In this document: piece by piece, positions 7,105 through 16,784 of the stretch | Numbering within the stretch: position 1 is the stretch's first letter | How the letters are laid out: the number at the start of each line of letters is the position of its first letter | Translations under genes and position numbers: made by a program | Source of the DNA: Kiritimatiellales bacterium | GTDB taxonomy: Bacteria; Verrucomicrobiota; Kiritimatiellia; Kiritimatiellales; Pontiellaceae | DNA length: 37,566 nt | Direction of reading: 5' to 3' | Assembly (NCBI GenBank): GCA_003252225.1 | Contig: QKFE01000283.1 | Span: 1-37,566 of the forward strand | The notes under the pieces: model-generated | What the model was told of the DNA's origin: nothing | Database searches by the model: none | What the model saw: only the letters and a program-made list of their open reading frames with translations

Positions 7105-9005
7105 GGGTTATTTTTTTCCGCGGCAACCGCCAGCGCGTCATTCATGCTGATTTCTTTCCAGTAGACCACTTCCGGATCGGTATAACCCATCGGCATTCCG
7201 GGCGGCTGGCGGGTTTTGAAGGTGGTGTCGTACGAAATATTTCGCCGCGGGGGGGAGTAGGTTTGGCCGCTGATCAGACAGTGGGAATCCTGTGCGAACC
7301 AGAGACTGAGATAGGAGCCTTTGAAGTTGTAATCGACCCCGCTCCAGTTTTCGCGGTAGCGGATGAGGTTGTGCGCGCCGCCGGTGAAGGTGGTGCCGGG
7401 GTTCCCGGCGAGATTTTCCGGATCGTTGTAACCCGCCATTACGGCGGCGTTGAGGCTGGTTTCGGTGGCCTTCCACCCTTGTTTGTTGGAACCCGGCATC
7501 ATGTATTGCGAATTTTGGTCATCCCACGCATTGGAAAGCAGGGTGACGTTGTCGCCGGCAATAAGGGCGGGGATGGTTTGGTTGCTGTTGTAGTCGCCTT
7601 CGACGAACAGCGTGCGGTGGGTGGCAATGCTGATCCCTTCCTGATTCCCCGCCGTCAAATCGGCTCCGTTACGCAGGCGTACGGCCGGTTTAAGGGAATT
7701 CCCCTGCGGATCGTCCACTTCGACATAAACGATTTTGGTGTCCGGATAGGTTTTAATCAGCTGATCCATATAAATATCGACCATTTGCATCTGCTGGGCA
7801 CCGGAGCCGGCCTGAGGGCCGTCCCGGTAGGCTTTTTCGCTTTCGCGCGGGTCGTAATAATCCGTGTGGACGTTCAGCCAGCGGCCGTCGCCTGCTTCCA
7901 GCTCATACATACCGCCGGATTTGGCACCGGTCGGTACGGCATACGAAGCGCTGGGGTAATTGGTCTGATCGCCGCCGTATCGGTTTGAAACTGAAACGTG
8001 GCCATTGGGGTCAACGGTTACATAAAGGTCGGCTTTGTAGGCCATTTTTTCTTTCAGCAGGCGGCCGTTGTCTTTGTGATCCGGCGGATCGATCAGCAGG
8101 TGGTTATCCGTTTCGTCGCCGATCGGGGGGTTGAGTTTTGCGACGCTGTCGCCGTTAATGACGCCGCCTTGCCAGGTGTCGAGCGAAAGCTGGTTCCAGT
8201 TGTCTTTGGTGGAGTCGAGGTAGCTGTTGTCCTGATAAAAGGTTTCGTAGTCGTTCCCGGTTCCGGCGACCTTTACGGAGATTTTTTTCGAGGCGGATGT
8301 TTTTCCGCTCTCTGAATTTTCGGAGGCCGTATCCGCCACATCGGATTTGTGTATGACGATATCGCCGGAACATTTCACCTGCCCGTCAATTTTGAGGGAA
8401 TCCCCGGCATAAAACTCGATTTTGGTGTTGGCGCGGATATCGCCGTTTACGAGCATGGCCGGGCCGGGGTGGAGTTCAAGATAGTCGTCAAAAAAGATGG
8501 CGTAGCGCAGGAACGGTTCGCGGGTGATGCGGACCCGTTTCTGAAAGGCTGCGGCAATCCCGCTGGCGGTGTGTTCGACGCCGGCGGTCAGCATAATTTC
8601 CTGCGATTCGGTCAGTTTTCCGTTGATGTTGGTGGCGATAAATCCGCCGTTGAGCATTTCGAGTTCGTAGACTTTGACGGCGTAATCGGTGTCGGAGCCG
8701 GCAAAGTCGGGGATTTTCACTTTCGTCCGGTCATCGACATACCTCTGAAGGGGGGTGGAAATAAGGCCGAGTTCCGCTGCTTCTACGGCGATCCCCAGCT
8801 GGGCTTCGGCGGATTCGAGGGCGCTTTCTGCAAGTACGCGGGCGCGTTCGTGAATCAGGGCCCTGTGGGTGACCCGCGCATTGTTGACGGAGAACTGGAG
8901 ATAGGAGCCGATGGTTACCGCCAGCGTAAACGCGATCAGCATCAGCGCAATGGCTATTCCGCCCTCTTTCCGGCGGACTGCTTTATTTGTTTTTGTTGTT
9001 TTCAT
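7101..9005 (-). CDS. PilX-like large pseudopilin / pilus tip-complex protein (634 aa)
   Basis: Basic leader RRKEG-GIAIALMLIAF TM, ARVLAESALE PilX motif, FLRYAIFFDDYLELHPGP, and C-terminal GGAHNLIRYRENWSG...YSPPRRNISYD...PPGMP. The start is set at ATG 9005; the track's start at 9356 overlaps the upstream gene. Confidence 0.75.
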   Translation of the reverse strand: MKTTKTNKAVRRKEGGIAIALMLIAFTLAVTIGSYLQFSVNNARVTHRALIHERARVLAESALESAEAQLGIAVEAAELGLISTPLQRYVDDRTKVKIPDFAGSDTDYAVKVYELEMLNGGFIATNINGKLTESQEIMLTAGVEHTASGIAAAFQKRVRITREPFLRYAIFFDDYLELHPGPAMLVNGDIRANTKIEFYAGDSLKIDGQVKCSGDIVIHKSDVADTASENSESGKTSASKKISVKVAGTGNDYETFYQDNSYLDSTKDNWNQLSLDTWQGGVINGDSVAKLNPPIGDETDNHLLIDPPDHKDNGRLLKEKMAYKADLYVTVDPNGHVSVSNRYGGDQTNYPSASYAVPTGAKSGGMYELEAGDGRWLNVHTDYYDPRESEKAYRDGPQAGSGAQQMQMVDIYMDQLIKTYPDTKIVYVEVDDPQGNSLKPAVRLRNGADLTAGNQEGISIATHRTLFVEGDYNSNQTIPALIAGDNVTLLSNAWDDQNSQYMMPGSNKQGWKATETSLNAAVMAGYNDPENLAGNPGTTFTGGAHNLIRYRENWSGVDYNFKGSYLSLWFAQDSHCLISGQTYSPPRRNISYDTTFKTRQPPGMPMGYTDPEVVYWKEISMNDALAVAAEKNNP

Positions 9006-9591
9006 TGCCGCTTCCTGTTGTTCCGAACTGCCCGGCATTGCGGGGGCTGGCGGTGATTTCCACGAAAACCCCCTGCGGCAGCACAATGCCGCCGATCTTT
9101 TCGAGGCTGTCGGGGGGCTGATTGCCGAAATAGAGGTTGCACTCCAGACTGGCGCTCTTTTTGGACGGGGCAAAAACCGGTCGGTTGCCGTTTTTATAAA
9201 CCGGTTTTGCGATGAGCTGGTATTTTCCCGGTTCCGCTTCGAAAGTCGGCGGAAAATAAACCAGCGCCTTTTGCTCTTCCAAGTACGTGAGCGCAGCGTC
9301 CTCCCACTTCCCGGCGGTTTCATTATACATTTCCAATACGGCGATATTTCCGCCATCCAGACAGCGGATATTGATTCCGCTGGCGTTGATTTTTTTGATG
9401 AAAAACTGCTGGAAATAGCGCGCGCCCGCCGCCGCCGAATTGCGGTTTACCCCTTCGTGGGCTCTGCCCGATAAGTGCAGACTCATCAGCAGGGCCCCCG
9501 GCACCAATATGGAAAACAGGGTCAGCGTGGTCAGCACTTCGGTCAGCGTGAATCCCCGCTTCTTTTTTATGGCCGTATTTTCCCGGTTCAT
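8983..9591 (-). CDS. Prepilin-type N-terminal cleavage/methylation protein (PilW-like)
   Basis: Class III signal KKKRG|FTLTEVL. Confidence 0.85.
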   Translation of the reverse strand: MNRENTAIKKKRGFTLTEVLTTLTLFSILVPGALLMSLHLSGRAHEGVNRNSAAAGARYFQQFFIKKINASGINIRCLDGGNIAVLEMYNETAGKWEDAALTYLEEQKALVYFPPTFEAEPGKYQLIAKPVYKNGNRPVFAPSKKSASLECNLYFGNQPPDSLEKIGGIVLPQGVFVEITASPRNAGQFGTTGSGNENNKNK

Positions 9592-9609
9592 TTTTCCTTC
9601 TTTTGCGCG

Positions 9610-10065
9610 TTAGGGGTATAAAATCGCGGAGAGGGATGCTTTCATCGCGGGGTCTTTTTTGTTCCCGCGGTTGCTGTTCCATTCCAGCTCAACGGTGGCA
9701 TAACAGTTCGAGCTGTCGCCGGTGGAACCGAATTTGAGCGTGACGAGTTCCTGTGCTTTCAGTTCCGTATGTTTAATTCCGCCCAATGTGTGGAACGGAA
9801 CCTGATTGGTTTCTCGTTCGTATACATCGCCTCTTTTATGAAAATTACTGCCCGGCGCAACGAGATCCTCAAAATCAATGGAGCGCAGCTCTTCGATAAC
9901 GGACTGGCAGGAAAAAAAGGCGGCCATTTTCTCTTCCGATGCGGCGTCAAGGCGGGCCGCCTGATGGAGCAAAGGCAGAAGGCCGCCCATAAAAGACAGC
10001 GCAATCGTCATAAAGACGAGCAACTCCACCAGCGTCATTCCTGCTTTCTTCCTGTTTTTATTCAT
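9610..10065 (-). CDS. Prepilin-type N-terminal cleavage/methylation protein (PilV/GspI-like)
   Basis: MNKNRKKAG|MTLVELLVFM, plus the CQSVIEELRSIDFEDL PilV-like motif; start at ATG 10065. Confidence 0.85.
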   Translation of the reverse strand: MNKNRKKAGMTLVELLVFMTIALSFMGGLLPLLHQAARLDAASEEKMAAFFSCQSVIEELRSIDFEDLVAPGSNFHKRGDVYERETNQVPFHTLGGIKHTELKAQELVTLKFGSTGDSSNCYATVELEWNSNRGNKKDPAMKASLSAILYP

Positions 10066-10385
10066 CTTCGTCCATCTAAAGCCGTTCCGCTGCGAACGTA
10101 CACAAATCACACTCCAGTCGTGCACGCCCGGTCAGAAAATATCCCTGAAAGAGGGGAAGGAAAAGGCGCGTTGTAATGCCCCCGAACAGTACGCCTTTAA
10201 CATGATTCTCCATCTTTTCTAACATTCCCTGAATATCTGTACACCAAAAATACACAAGAATGTGTTTAGGTATATAGAATATCAAAGACAAAAACCAAGC
10301 GCGCGAGAGTCATACCCATTGGACACGAGAAGTCAATTTTTTTTGTAGGCTATGTTTTCGGGCAGGGGGGAAATTTGCATCTCCA

Positions 10386-10414
10386 TTGACACTCCCGGCT
10401 CCAGCCACTAGTTT
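10386..10414 (+). promoter_or_regulatory. Sigma70-type promoter for acnB
   Basis: TTGACA (10386-10391), 17-nt spacer, TAGTTT (10409-10414). Confidence 0.6.
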
Positions 10415-10596
10415 TTCCGGCATTTCCAATGACGAATTAAAAGGATGATCCGGTTTCGGGTGTTTTCGCTTTTGCGAAAAACAGGCGCTGTTTCGCTTTT
10501 CTGAGTGAAAACTTCGTGTAAACCGTTCGGAACGCAAAGCGGTAATGCGGCCCGAAATCCATGAAATTTAAACAGGTAAGCAGAGGAAGGTGAAAC

Positions 10597-13155
10597 ATGG
10601 CTGATTTTTTTGAAACGTATTATGCACACGTTGAAGAACGGGCAAAAGAGGGCATTCCGCCGCTGGCGCTGAACAAAGAGCAGACCGCAGAAGTGATTGA
10701 ACTGCTGAAAAATCCGCCTGCCGGAAAAGGGGACGAGCTGGTGGAGCTGATCACCAACCGCGTCAATCCCGGCGTCGATCCGTCCGCTCAAATTAAGGCC
10801 GAATTTCTGTTCAAAGTGGCGCACGGCGAGGCATCTTCGCCGCTGATTACCCCCGAACGCGCGGTGGAACTTTTGGGCACAATGGTCGGCGGTTACAACC
10901 TCGACGGGCTGATCCGCCTCGTGGAAGAGCAGGGGCCGCTGGCGGAAACCGCCGGAACTGCCCTTAAAAATATGGTGCTTTCCGTCAACCGTTTCGACGA
11001 TGTGAAAAAGCTGGCTGACGCTGGAAACGGCGTTGCAAAAGAGATTCTGACTTCGTGGGCGAACGGCGAGTGGTTCACTTCACAGCCCGAAATTTCCGAA
11101 GAGATTGAAACCGTTATTTATAAAGTCGACGGCGAAATCAATACCGACGATTTTTCGCCGGCCTCTTTCGCCTTCACCCGCGCCGATATTCCGCTGCATT
11201 CCAACTGTATGGGCGGAACGCTGTTTCCGAACGGCCCGCAGGAAATCGCCGAACTGAAAACAACGACTAATTTGCCGGTGACGTTTGTCGGCGATGTGGT
11301 CGGTACCGGTTCATCGCGCAAATCCGCCTGTAATTCGCTGATCTGGCACATCGGGCAGGATATTCCCTGCATTCCGAATAAACGCCGCGGCGGTATTATT
11401 ATCGGCAGTACGATTGCCCCGATCTTTTTCAATACCGCCGAAGATTCCGGCGCGTTCCCGATCCAAACCGACGTCACCGAACTGACGACCGGAAAAGTGA
11501 TCAGGGTCTATCCGAAAAAGGGGCTGATCACCGATACGGACGGAAATAAAATCACCGCCTTTTCCGTCAAGCCCGACACCCTGCTCGACGAATTCCGCGC
11601 GGGCGGCCGCGTTCCGCTGATCATCGGAAAACAGCTGACCGAAAAGGCGCGGGCGGCGCTCGGAATGGGCCCGATCGAAAAGGCCGGTATTTTTGTGGTG
11701 CCGGACAATCCGCAACCGAAAGCGGGGCAGGGGTACACGCTTGCGCAGAAAATGGTCGGTAAAGCCTGCGGGGTGGACGGTATTCTGCCGGGCACCTCCT
11801 GTCTGCCGAAAATGACCACCGTCGGATCGCAGGATACCACCGGCCCGATGACCCGCGGCGAAATCACCGAACTCGCCTGCCTTAAATTCAACGCCGATCT
11901 CGTGATGCAGTCGTTCTGCCATACGGCGGCCTATCCGAAACCCGCCGATGTCATCACCCACGCAACCCTTCCCGATTACATCATGAACCGCGGCGGCGTA
12001 TCGCTGCGACCGGGCGACGGCGTGATTCATTCCTGGTTAAACCGGCTGCTGATTCCCGATACCGTCGGAACCGGCGGTGATTCACATACCCGCTTTCCGA
12101 TGGGCATCTCCTTCCCGGCCGGTTCCGGTTTAGTCGCTTTTGCCGCCGCTTTGGGCGTGATGCCGCTCGATATGCCGGAGTCCGTTTTGGTTCGTTTTAA
12201 AGGCGAATTACAGCCGGGCGTTACTCTGCGCGATATCGTCAACGCCATTCCGTATCAGGCCATTCAGGAAGGGCTGCTGACCGTCGAAAAGAAAAACAAG
12301 AAAAACATTTTTGCCGGCCGTATCCTCGAAATGGAGGGACTGCCGGATCTGAAAGTCGAGCAGGCGTTCGAGTTGACCGATGCCGCCGCCGAACGTTCCG
12401 CCGCCGCTGCGAGCATCAAACTCAACCGCGAGCCGATCGTTGAATTTCTTCAGTCGAACGTTGTGCTGATGGAAGAGATGATTAAGGGCGGATACGGCGA
12501 TGCCGACACGCTGGCAAAACGTATTGAAGACGTGAAAGCGTGGATCGAAAACGGCGAGCTGATGGAAGCGGATGCAAATGCTGAATATGCCGCCGTCATC
12601 GAAATCGACCTCAACGAAATCAAAGAGCCGCTGCTCTGCTGCCCGAACGATCCCGACGACGTGAAAAAACTCTCCGACGTGCAGGGCGCAAAAATCGACG
12701 ATGTTTTCATCGGCAGCTGTATGACCAATATCGGCCATTTCCGCGCCGCCGCCGAAGTCCTCGACGGAGCCGGGTTTGCCAACGTCAATCTGTGGGTTTG
12801 TCCGCCGACCAAAATGGATGAAGCGCAGCTGACGAAAGAGGGCTACTATTCCAAATTCGGCGCCGCCGGGGCCCGTATGGAAATTCCCGGCTGTTCGCTC
12901 TGCATGGGCAACCAGGCGCGGGTGCGCGACGGTGCGGCTGTTTTTTCGACTTCAACCCGCAATTTCAATAACCGCATGGGCAAGGATGCGCAGGTCTATC
13001 TCGGTTCCGCCGAACTCGCCGCCGTCGTTGCGCTCAAAGGCAGACTTCCGTCACCGGCGGAATACGTTGAAATCGTCAGCCCGAAACTCGAAGGAAAAAC
13101 CGCCGATATTTACAAATACCTCAACTTCCACCAAATGACCGGGTTTTCGGTTTAA
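10597..13155 (+). CDS. acnB: Aconitate hydratase B
   Basis: 852 aa with the HEAT-like N-terminus [38 protein letters not shown], and Fe-S ligands [11 protein letters not shown] and [11 protein letters not shown]. Confidence 0.98.
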   Translation: MADFFETYYAHVEERAKEGIPPLALNKEQTAEVIELLKNPPAGKGDELVELITNRVNPGVDPSAQIKAEFLFKVAHGEASSPLITPERAVELLGTMVGGYNLDGLIRLVEEQGPLAETAGTALKNMVLSVNRFDDVKKLADAGNGVAKEILTSWANGEWFTSQPEISEEIETVIYKVDGEINTDDFSPASFAFTRADIPLHSNCMGGTLFPNGPQEIAELKTTTNLPVTFVGDVVGTGSSRKSACNSLIWHIGQDIPCIPNKRRGGIIIGSTIAPIFFNTAEDSGAFPIQTDVTELTTGKVIRVYPKKGLITDTDGNKITAFSVKPDTLLDEFRAGGRVPLIIGKQLTEKARAALGMGPIEKAGIFVVPDNPQPKAGQGYTLAQKMVGKACGVDGILPGTSCLPKMTTVGSQDTTGPMTRGEITELACLKFNADLVMQSFCHTAAYPKPADVITHATLPDYIMNRGGVSLRPGDGVIHSWLNRLLIPDTVGTGGDSHTRFPMGISFPAGSGLVAFAAALGVMPLDMPESVLVRFKGELQPGVTLRDIVNAIPYQAIQEGLLTVEKKNKKNIFAGRILEMEGLPDLKVEQAFELTDAAAERSAAAASIKLNREPIVEFLQSNVVLMEEMIKGGYGDADTLAKRIEDVKAWIENGELMEADANAEYAAVIEIDLNEIKEPLLCCPNDPDDVKKLSDVQGAKIDDVFIGSCMTNIGHFRAAAEVLDGAGFANVNLWVCPPTKMDEAQLTKEGYYSKFGAAGARMEIPGCSLCMGNQARVRDGAAVFSTSTRNFNNRMGKDAQVYLGSAELAAVVALKGRLPSPAEYVEIVSPKLEGKTADIYKYLNFHQMTGFSV

Positions 13156-13180
13156 GGGAAGCCGGCAGTCGCGTAAGCGG

Positions 13181-13289
13181 AAAAGTTGAACGGGCCGCCA
13201 GGGGGAAGGAGGCGACCCGTTCTTCGGGGTGGGTGTTATTTAGGGGAAGTCAGATTTTTTAAATCGTTTCTGTTTCCTCTCCTTTAACT
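13181..13289 (-). ncRNA. Candidate small RNA with C-rich loops, convergent with acnB
   Basis: On the minus strand: TTGATA-16 nt-TACATT (13323-13296), no ORF, and a terminal GC-rich hairpin with a CU-rich loop followed by ACUUUU. Confidence 0.35.
13188..13222. terminator. GC-rich hairpin downstream of acnB, possibly a bidirectional terminator
   Basis: gaacgggccgcc-agggggaagga-ggcgacccgttc, a 12-bp stem with one mismatch (G-U on the minus strand). Confidence 0.55.
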
Positions 13290-13381
13290 GACGCGAATGT
13301 AGCGGTTCGGGCGCATTTATCAAGTACAATTATCGTACTATTTTTAAGTCGGCGATATTTCCCTTTAAAATAGGGGTTTTT

Positions 13382-13762
13382 CTAAACAAAAAAATCGACG
13401 ATGAGAGCGATTAAACTGAGCAGACTGATAAAGGCGTAATTAAAAAGCTCTTTTGAACGGATGACGGACTGGAGGATGTAGAGGGTACCTTTGCGGGCGG
13501 TTTCGTCGAGCCCCGGGGCGTTCTGTATCTGTTCGATGAGGTTGTGCCGCAGGATGACCCCGCGCCGCCGTTTGGTGATGAGGTAGCGGTAGGCGAAGAA
13601 GATAAAATAGCTGCTCATGGCGAAGCGCCAGATCCATACGGCGGCTTCCGGGTTGATGCGGTTGACGATCATCAGCGAGCGGACGGCGATACCGGCGAGC
13701 AGGCCGAGCCAGAGGAAGAAGAGGATGAGCCCTTTGGGTAATACAGTGAATTCGTTTTTCAT
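13382..13762 (-). CDS. Small hypothetical membrane protein (about 3 TM)
   Basis: 126-aa ORF with three hydrophobic segments, filling the gap between acnB and hisB. Confidence 0.75.
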   Translation of the reverse strand: MKNEFTVLPKGLILFFLWLGLLAGIAVRSLMIVNRINPEAAVWIWRFAMSSYFIFFAYRYLITKRRRGVILRHNLIEQIQNAPGLDETARKGTLYILQSVIRSKELFNYAFISLLSLIALIVDFFV

Positions 13763-13818
13763 GAGGGGGAGCGTAGCGGGTTGAGCGGAATTTGCAAACG
13801 GAGTCGGCGGTTATTGGG

Positions 13819-13847
13819 TTGACCCGGTTGGAGGAAGATTTTAGCGT
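13819..13847 (+). promoter_or_regulatory. Possible sigma70 promoter for hisB
   Basis: TTGACC, 17-nt spacer, TAGCGT; AGGAG SD at 13871-13875. Confidence 0.35.
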
Positions 13848-13880
13848 CAGCCCCCGAACCGGCAAGTCAGAGGAGTGAAA

Positions 13881-14489
13881 ATGGAACAGGCCCGCACAGC
13901 ACACATTGAGCGCAACACAAAAGAGACGCAGATCGATCTTTCACTGAATATTGACGGCAAGGCGGAATATGAAATTTCAACCGGTATTCCGTTTTTCGAC
14001 CACATGCTCGACCTGCTCGCAAAACACGCGCTGTTTGATCTAAGGGTGAAGGCGGCCGGCGATATTGATGTCGATTACCACCACCTCGTCGAAGATGTCG
14101 GGATCGTTTTGGGCGAAGCTTTAAATCAGGCTCTGGGCGACCGGAAAGGAATCAACCGCTACGGCTTTTGGGTGCTGCCGATGGACGAGGCGCAGGCCTC
14201 CGCCGAGGTGTGCCTCGATTTGGGCGGGCGGCCGTTTTTTGTCTATAAAATGGATCACCCGCAAAACTATATCCGCGATTTCGACGTCATTATCATCAAA
14301 CACTTTTGGCGCTCATTCTGCGACTCCGCGAAAATGAACCTGCATATTGAACTCAAATTCGGCGAAGATCTGCACCACTGCATCGAAGCCATATTTAAAG
14401 CCGTCGCCCGCGCCCTCCGCATGGCCTGCGCTTCCGATCCGCGCGCACTCGACCTGCTCCCCTCCAGCAAAGGCCGCATCGGGGCATAA
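13881..14489 (+). CDS. hisB: Imidazoleglycerol-phosphate dehydratase
   Basis: [55 protein letters not shown]. Confidence 0.97.
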   Translation: MEQARTAHIERNTKETQIDLSLNIDGKAEYEISTGIPFFDHMLDLLAKHALFDLRVKAAGDIDVDYHHLVEDVGIVLGEALNQALGDRKGINRYGFWVLPMDEAQASAEVCLDLGGRPFFVYKMDHPQNYIRDFDVIIIKHFWRSFCDSAKMNLHIELKFGEDLHHCIEAIFKAVARALRMACASDPRALDLLPSSKGRIGA

Positions 14490-14493
14490 GCGG

Positions 14494-15282
14494 ATGGACT
14501 TTCTTGCGGCCTACAGTTTCACCGATCTTTTCTGGATCGGGTTGAGTTTGTTTCTGATCGGGATGAGCAAGGGCGGTTTTCCGGTCGGGGCGGTTGCGCT
14601 GCCGATTCTGATTCTGGTTTGGCCGGCACAGACGCAGGCGGCGCGCGCGGCGGTCGGGTTTATGCTCCCGATGCTGTGCCTGATGGATATTGTTGCGCTG
14701 GCGTTTTATCGAAAGCATGTGGATTGGCGGCGGATTGGATTCCTGCTTCCGGCGACGATTGCCGGGGTAGCCGTTGCCAGTTTTCTGTTTGTTTCAGATT
14801 CGGCGGTGGTTGCGGTTTCGGACAAAGCGCTGAAAATATTGATCGGCCTTTTGGGTATTGTTTTTGTGGTCTATTTCGCGGCGAAAAGGTGGATTCTGAA
14901 GCATATCCACCCCTCGCAGCCGAACTGGGGAAAAGGATCCATTTTCGGTTTTGCGGCGGGCATTACTTCAACGCTGGCGCACGCGGCCGGGCCGGTGATG
15001 CAGATGTATCTGCTGCCGCAGCAGCTCGAAAAGAAAAAGTTTGCCGGAACCAACTGCGCCTATTTCTGGCTGATGAACCTGATGAAGCTGATTCCGTTCA
15101 CGATGATGGGGCGGATTAATGCCGACAACCTGAAGTTGGGCGGGGTACTGCTGCCGGTGGTTCCGCTGGGGGTTGCATTGGGCTGGTGGCTGACCCATAA
15201 AACCGAACAGAAGCACTACACGATTCTGATTTATGCGGTGCTTCTGATCACCTCGATCACGCTGATTTTCAAGGCGCTTTAA
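14494..15282 (+). CDS. Sulfite exporter TauE/SafE family membrane protein
   Basis: Multi-TM with GMSKGGF, MLPMLCLMD and GITSTLAHAAGPVMQMYLL; start at ATG 14494, 4 nt after the hisB stop. Confidence 0.88.
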   Translation: MDFLAAYSFTDLFWIGLSLFLIGMSKGGFPVGAVALPILILVWPAQTQAARAAVGFMLPMLCLMDIVALAFYRKHVDWRRIGFLLPATIAGVAVASFLFVSDSAVVAVSDKALKILIGLLGIVFVVYFAAKRWILKHIHPSQPNWGKGSIFGFAAGITSTLAHAAGPVMQMYLLPQQLEKKKFAGTNCAYFWLMNLMKLIPFTMMGRINADNLKLGGVLLPVVPLGVALGWWLTHKTEQKHYTILIYAVLLITSITLIFKAL

Positions 15283-15284
15283 GT

Positions 15285-16271
15285 TTACTGATCTCCGCGC
15301 AAAAGCTGCCCGGCCATTTCAAATTGGGCCATCTGCAGGGCGGCGTTGGCCAGCAGACTTTCTTTAAAGGATTCGTACTGTTCGGGCGTAAGCATGGCTT
15401 TCGCTCTTTCGAGGATATTTTTGCCCAGCTGTTCGACGTCGGCTGAATGTTTCTGCATGTTGTCTTTGGACCAGCGTTCGGGGCTGATGTCGTTTTTCTG
15501 ATCGTCGTGCAGATCGGTCGTCCAGTCATATTCGGTGCGCTCGGTATACATCATATCGAGCAGTTCCCGGTATTCTTTGTCTGAAAGCTGTTCTGCGCCG
15601 GCGTTGGCCAGTTTTTGATCCATCTGCGAAAGGGCCATGCGTTCGCCCATCGTTTTTTCGTAATATCTCCACTCATCGAAATCCTTTTCGCTGTTGAGGA
15701 AGTTTTTCATCTCCTTTTTCACCTGCTCGCCGACCGCATGGATTTTATCGGCCATTTCCTGCCGTTCTTCGGCGCTCATTTCGCCGCCCATCAATTTCAT
15801 GCCGAAATCCACATTGGCCATTTGGCGCTGCATGATGAGATCCATGAAATAGTTGGTCTCTTCGGGGTTGAGTTTGAGGTATTCGATAAAGTCGCCGTAA
15901 AGTGCGCCCATCGTTCCGCGCTGGCTGGCTTCAATCACCTTGTTCATCGTCGGATTATCGCGCATATCGGCGACGGTTTTCATGATACGCTGCTGCTGGT
16001 CTGCAAACGTCGGCTCCTTTTCTTTTTCATCCCGGGATTCCGGCTGGACGGTTTTTTCGGCTGTTTCCGCCGACGTTATTCCGGGGATCGCGGCGACGGT
16101 TTCGACCGGTTCCGATGGGGCGGTGTTTACGGTTTCGGCCGGTATTTTCTTTTTCGATTGTTCGTCCAGTTCGGCGCGCAGGGTTTTGATGGTTTTATTC
16201 GATTGAAGCAGGGCTGTCAGCAGCCCGATGCAGCATACGGTCATAATCAGTGCGGGAATCTGTTTTTTCAT
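15285..16271 (-). CDS. Hypothetical membrane-anchored/exported helical protein
   Basis: N-terminal hydrophobic anchor, Pro/Glu/Thr linker, helical repeats (LKLNPEE, LTPEQYESF). Confidence 0.8.
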   Translation of the reverse strand: MKKQIPALIMTVCCIGLLTALLQSNKTIKTLRAELDEQSKKKIPAETVNTAPSEPVETVAAIPGITSAETAEKTVQPESRDEKEKEPTFADQQQRIMKTVADMRDNPTMNKVIEASQRGTMGALYGDFIEYLKLNPEETNYFMDLIMQRQMANVDFGMKLMGGEMSAEERQEMADKIHAVGEQVKKEMKNFLNSEKDFDEWRYYEKTMGERMALSQMDQKLANAGAEQLSDKEYRELLDMMYTERTEYDWTTDLHDDQKNDISPERWSKDNMQKHSADVEQLGKNILERAKAMLTPEQYESFKESLLANAALQMAQFEMAGQLLRGDQ

Positions 16272-16366
16272 CAATCCGTTTTCCTTTCGTTTTGTTGCCC
16301 GAATATATGACGCCGCCCGGGTACGGGCGAATTACAAGTTTGTTACCGGTTTGTAACCTGCGGGGA

Positions 16367-16603
16367 TCAGGTTCGGTTTTTGCGGTAGAGTTCCTGCCGA
16401 ACCGGGCAAAGGCAGGTGTACGCGCTCCCGAATGTGCCCTGATAGGGGCAGTAGCTTTCGCAGCGCGACGCAATGAACAATACCGTGTCATTGATCGAAT
16501 GCTTTATTTTGCAGCACGCTTCCGCCCCGCCTTTTTGGCAGCGGCAGCCGCGGACACATTTATCGGCCCGCTGGTTGTCCTCTTCTGGTTTCTTCGCATG
16601 CAT
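16367..16603 (-). CDS. Small cysteine-rich protein (78 aa, 9 Cys)
   Basis: MHAKK...KCVRGCRCQKGGAEACCKIKHSINDTVLFIASRCESYCPYQGTFGSAYTCLCPVRQELYRKNRT. The C-terminal CPY...FG..Y.C.CPVR.ELY.K pattern looks like a conserved small-protein family. Confidence 0.65.
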   Translation of the reverse strand: MHAKKPEEDNQRADKCVRGCRCQKGGAEACCKIKHSINDTVLFIASRCESYCPYQGTFGSAYTCLCPVRQELYRKNRT

Positions 16604-16784
16604 CCCTGATGATCCATAGACTGAAAACAAGCGTATCGTAACAATAATAAAAATACGACTTATTTTTGTAACGTAATATTTTTTAAAGATTCGCCGGCCG
16701 GCTGTTCCGGCAGTTTGCGGCTTTTTTGTGTTTTCATGCCGGAGGGCGTCGATAAACTGTCGGCTCATTTACAGGAACTGAAAC

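Noticed and set aside
9006-9356. N-terminal extension of the 751-aa ORF, and similar extensions at 6464, 10125, 14347, 28207 and 34376
   Set aside because: They overlap neighbouring genes or precede better starts that match signal peptides or family N-termini.
10518-10560. c-di-GMP-I riboswitch-like string GTAAACC-GTTC-GG-AACGCAAAGC in the acnB leader
   Set aside because: The stem is only 2 bp, with no GNRA loop and no receptor helix. An Rfam search would settle it.
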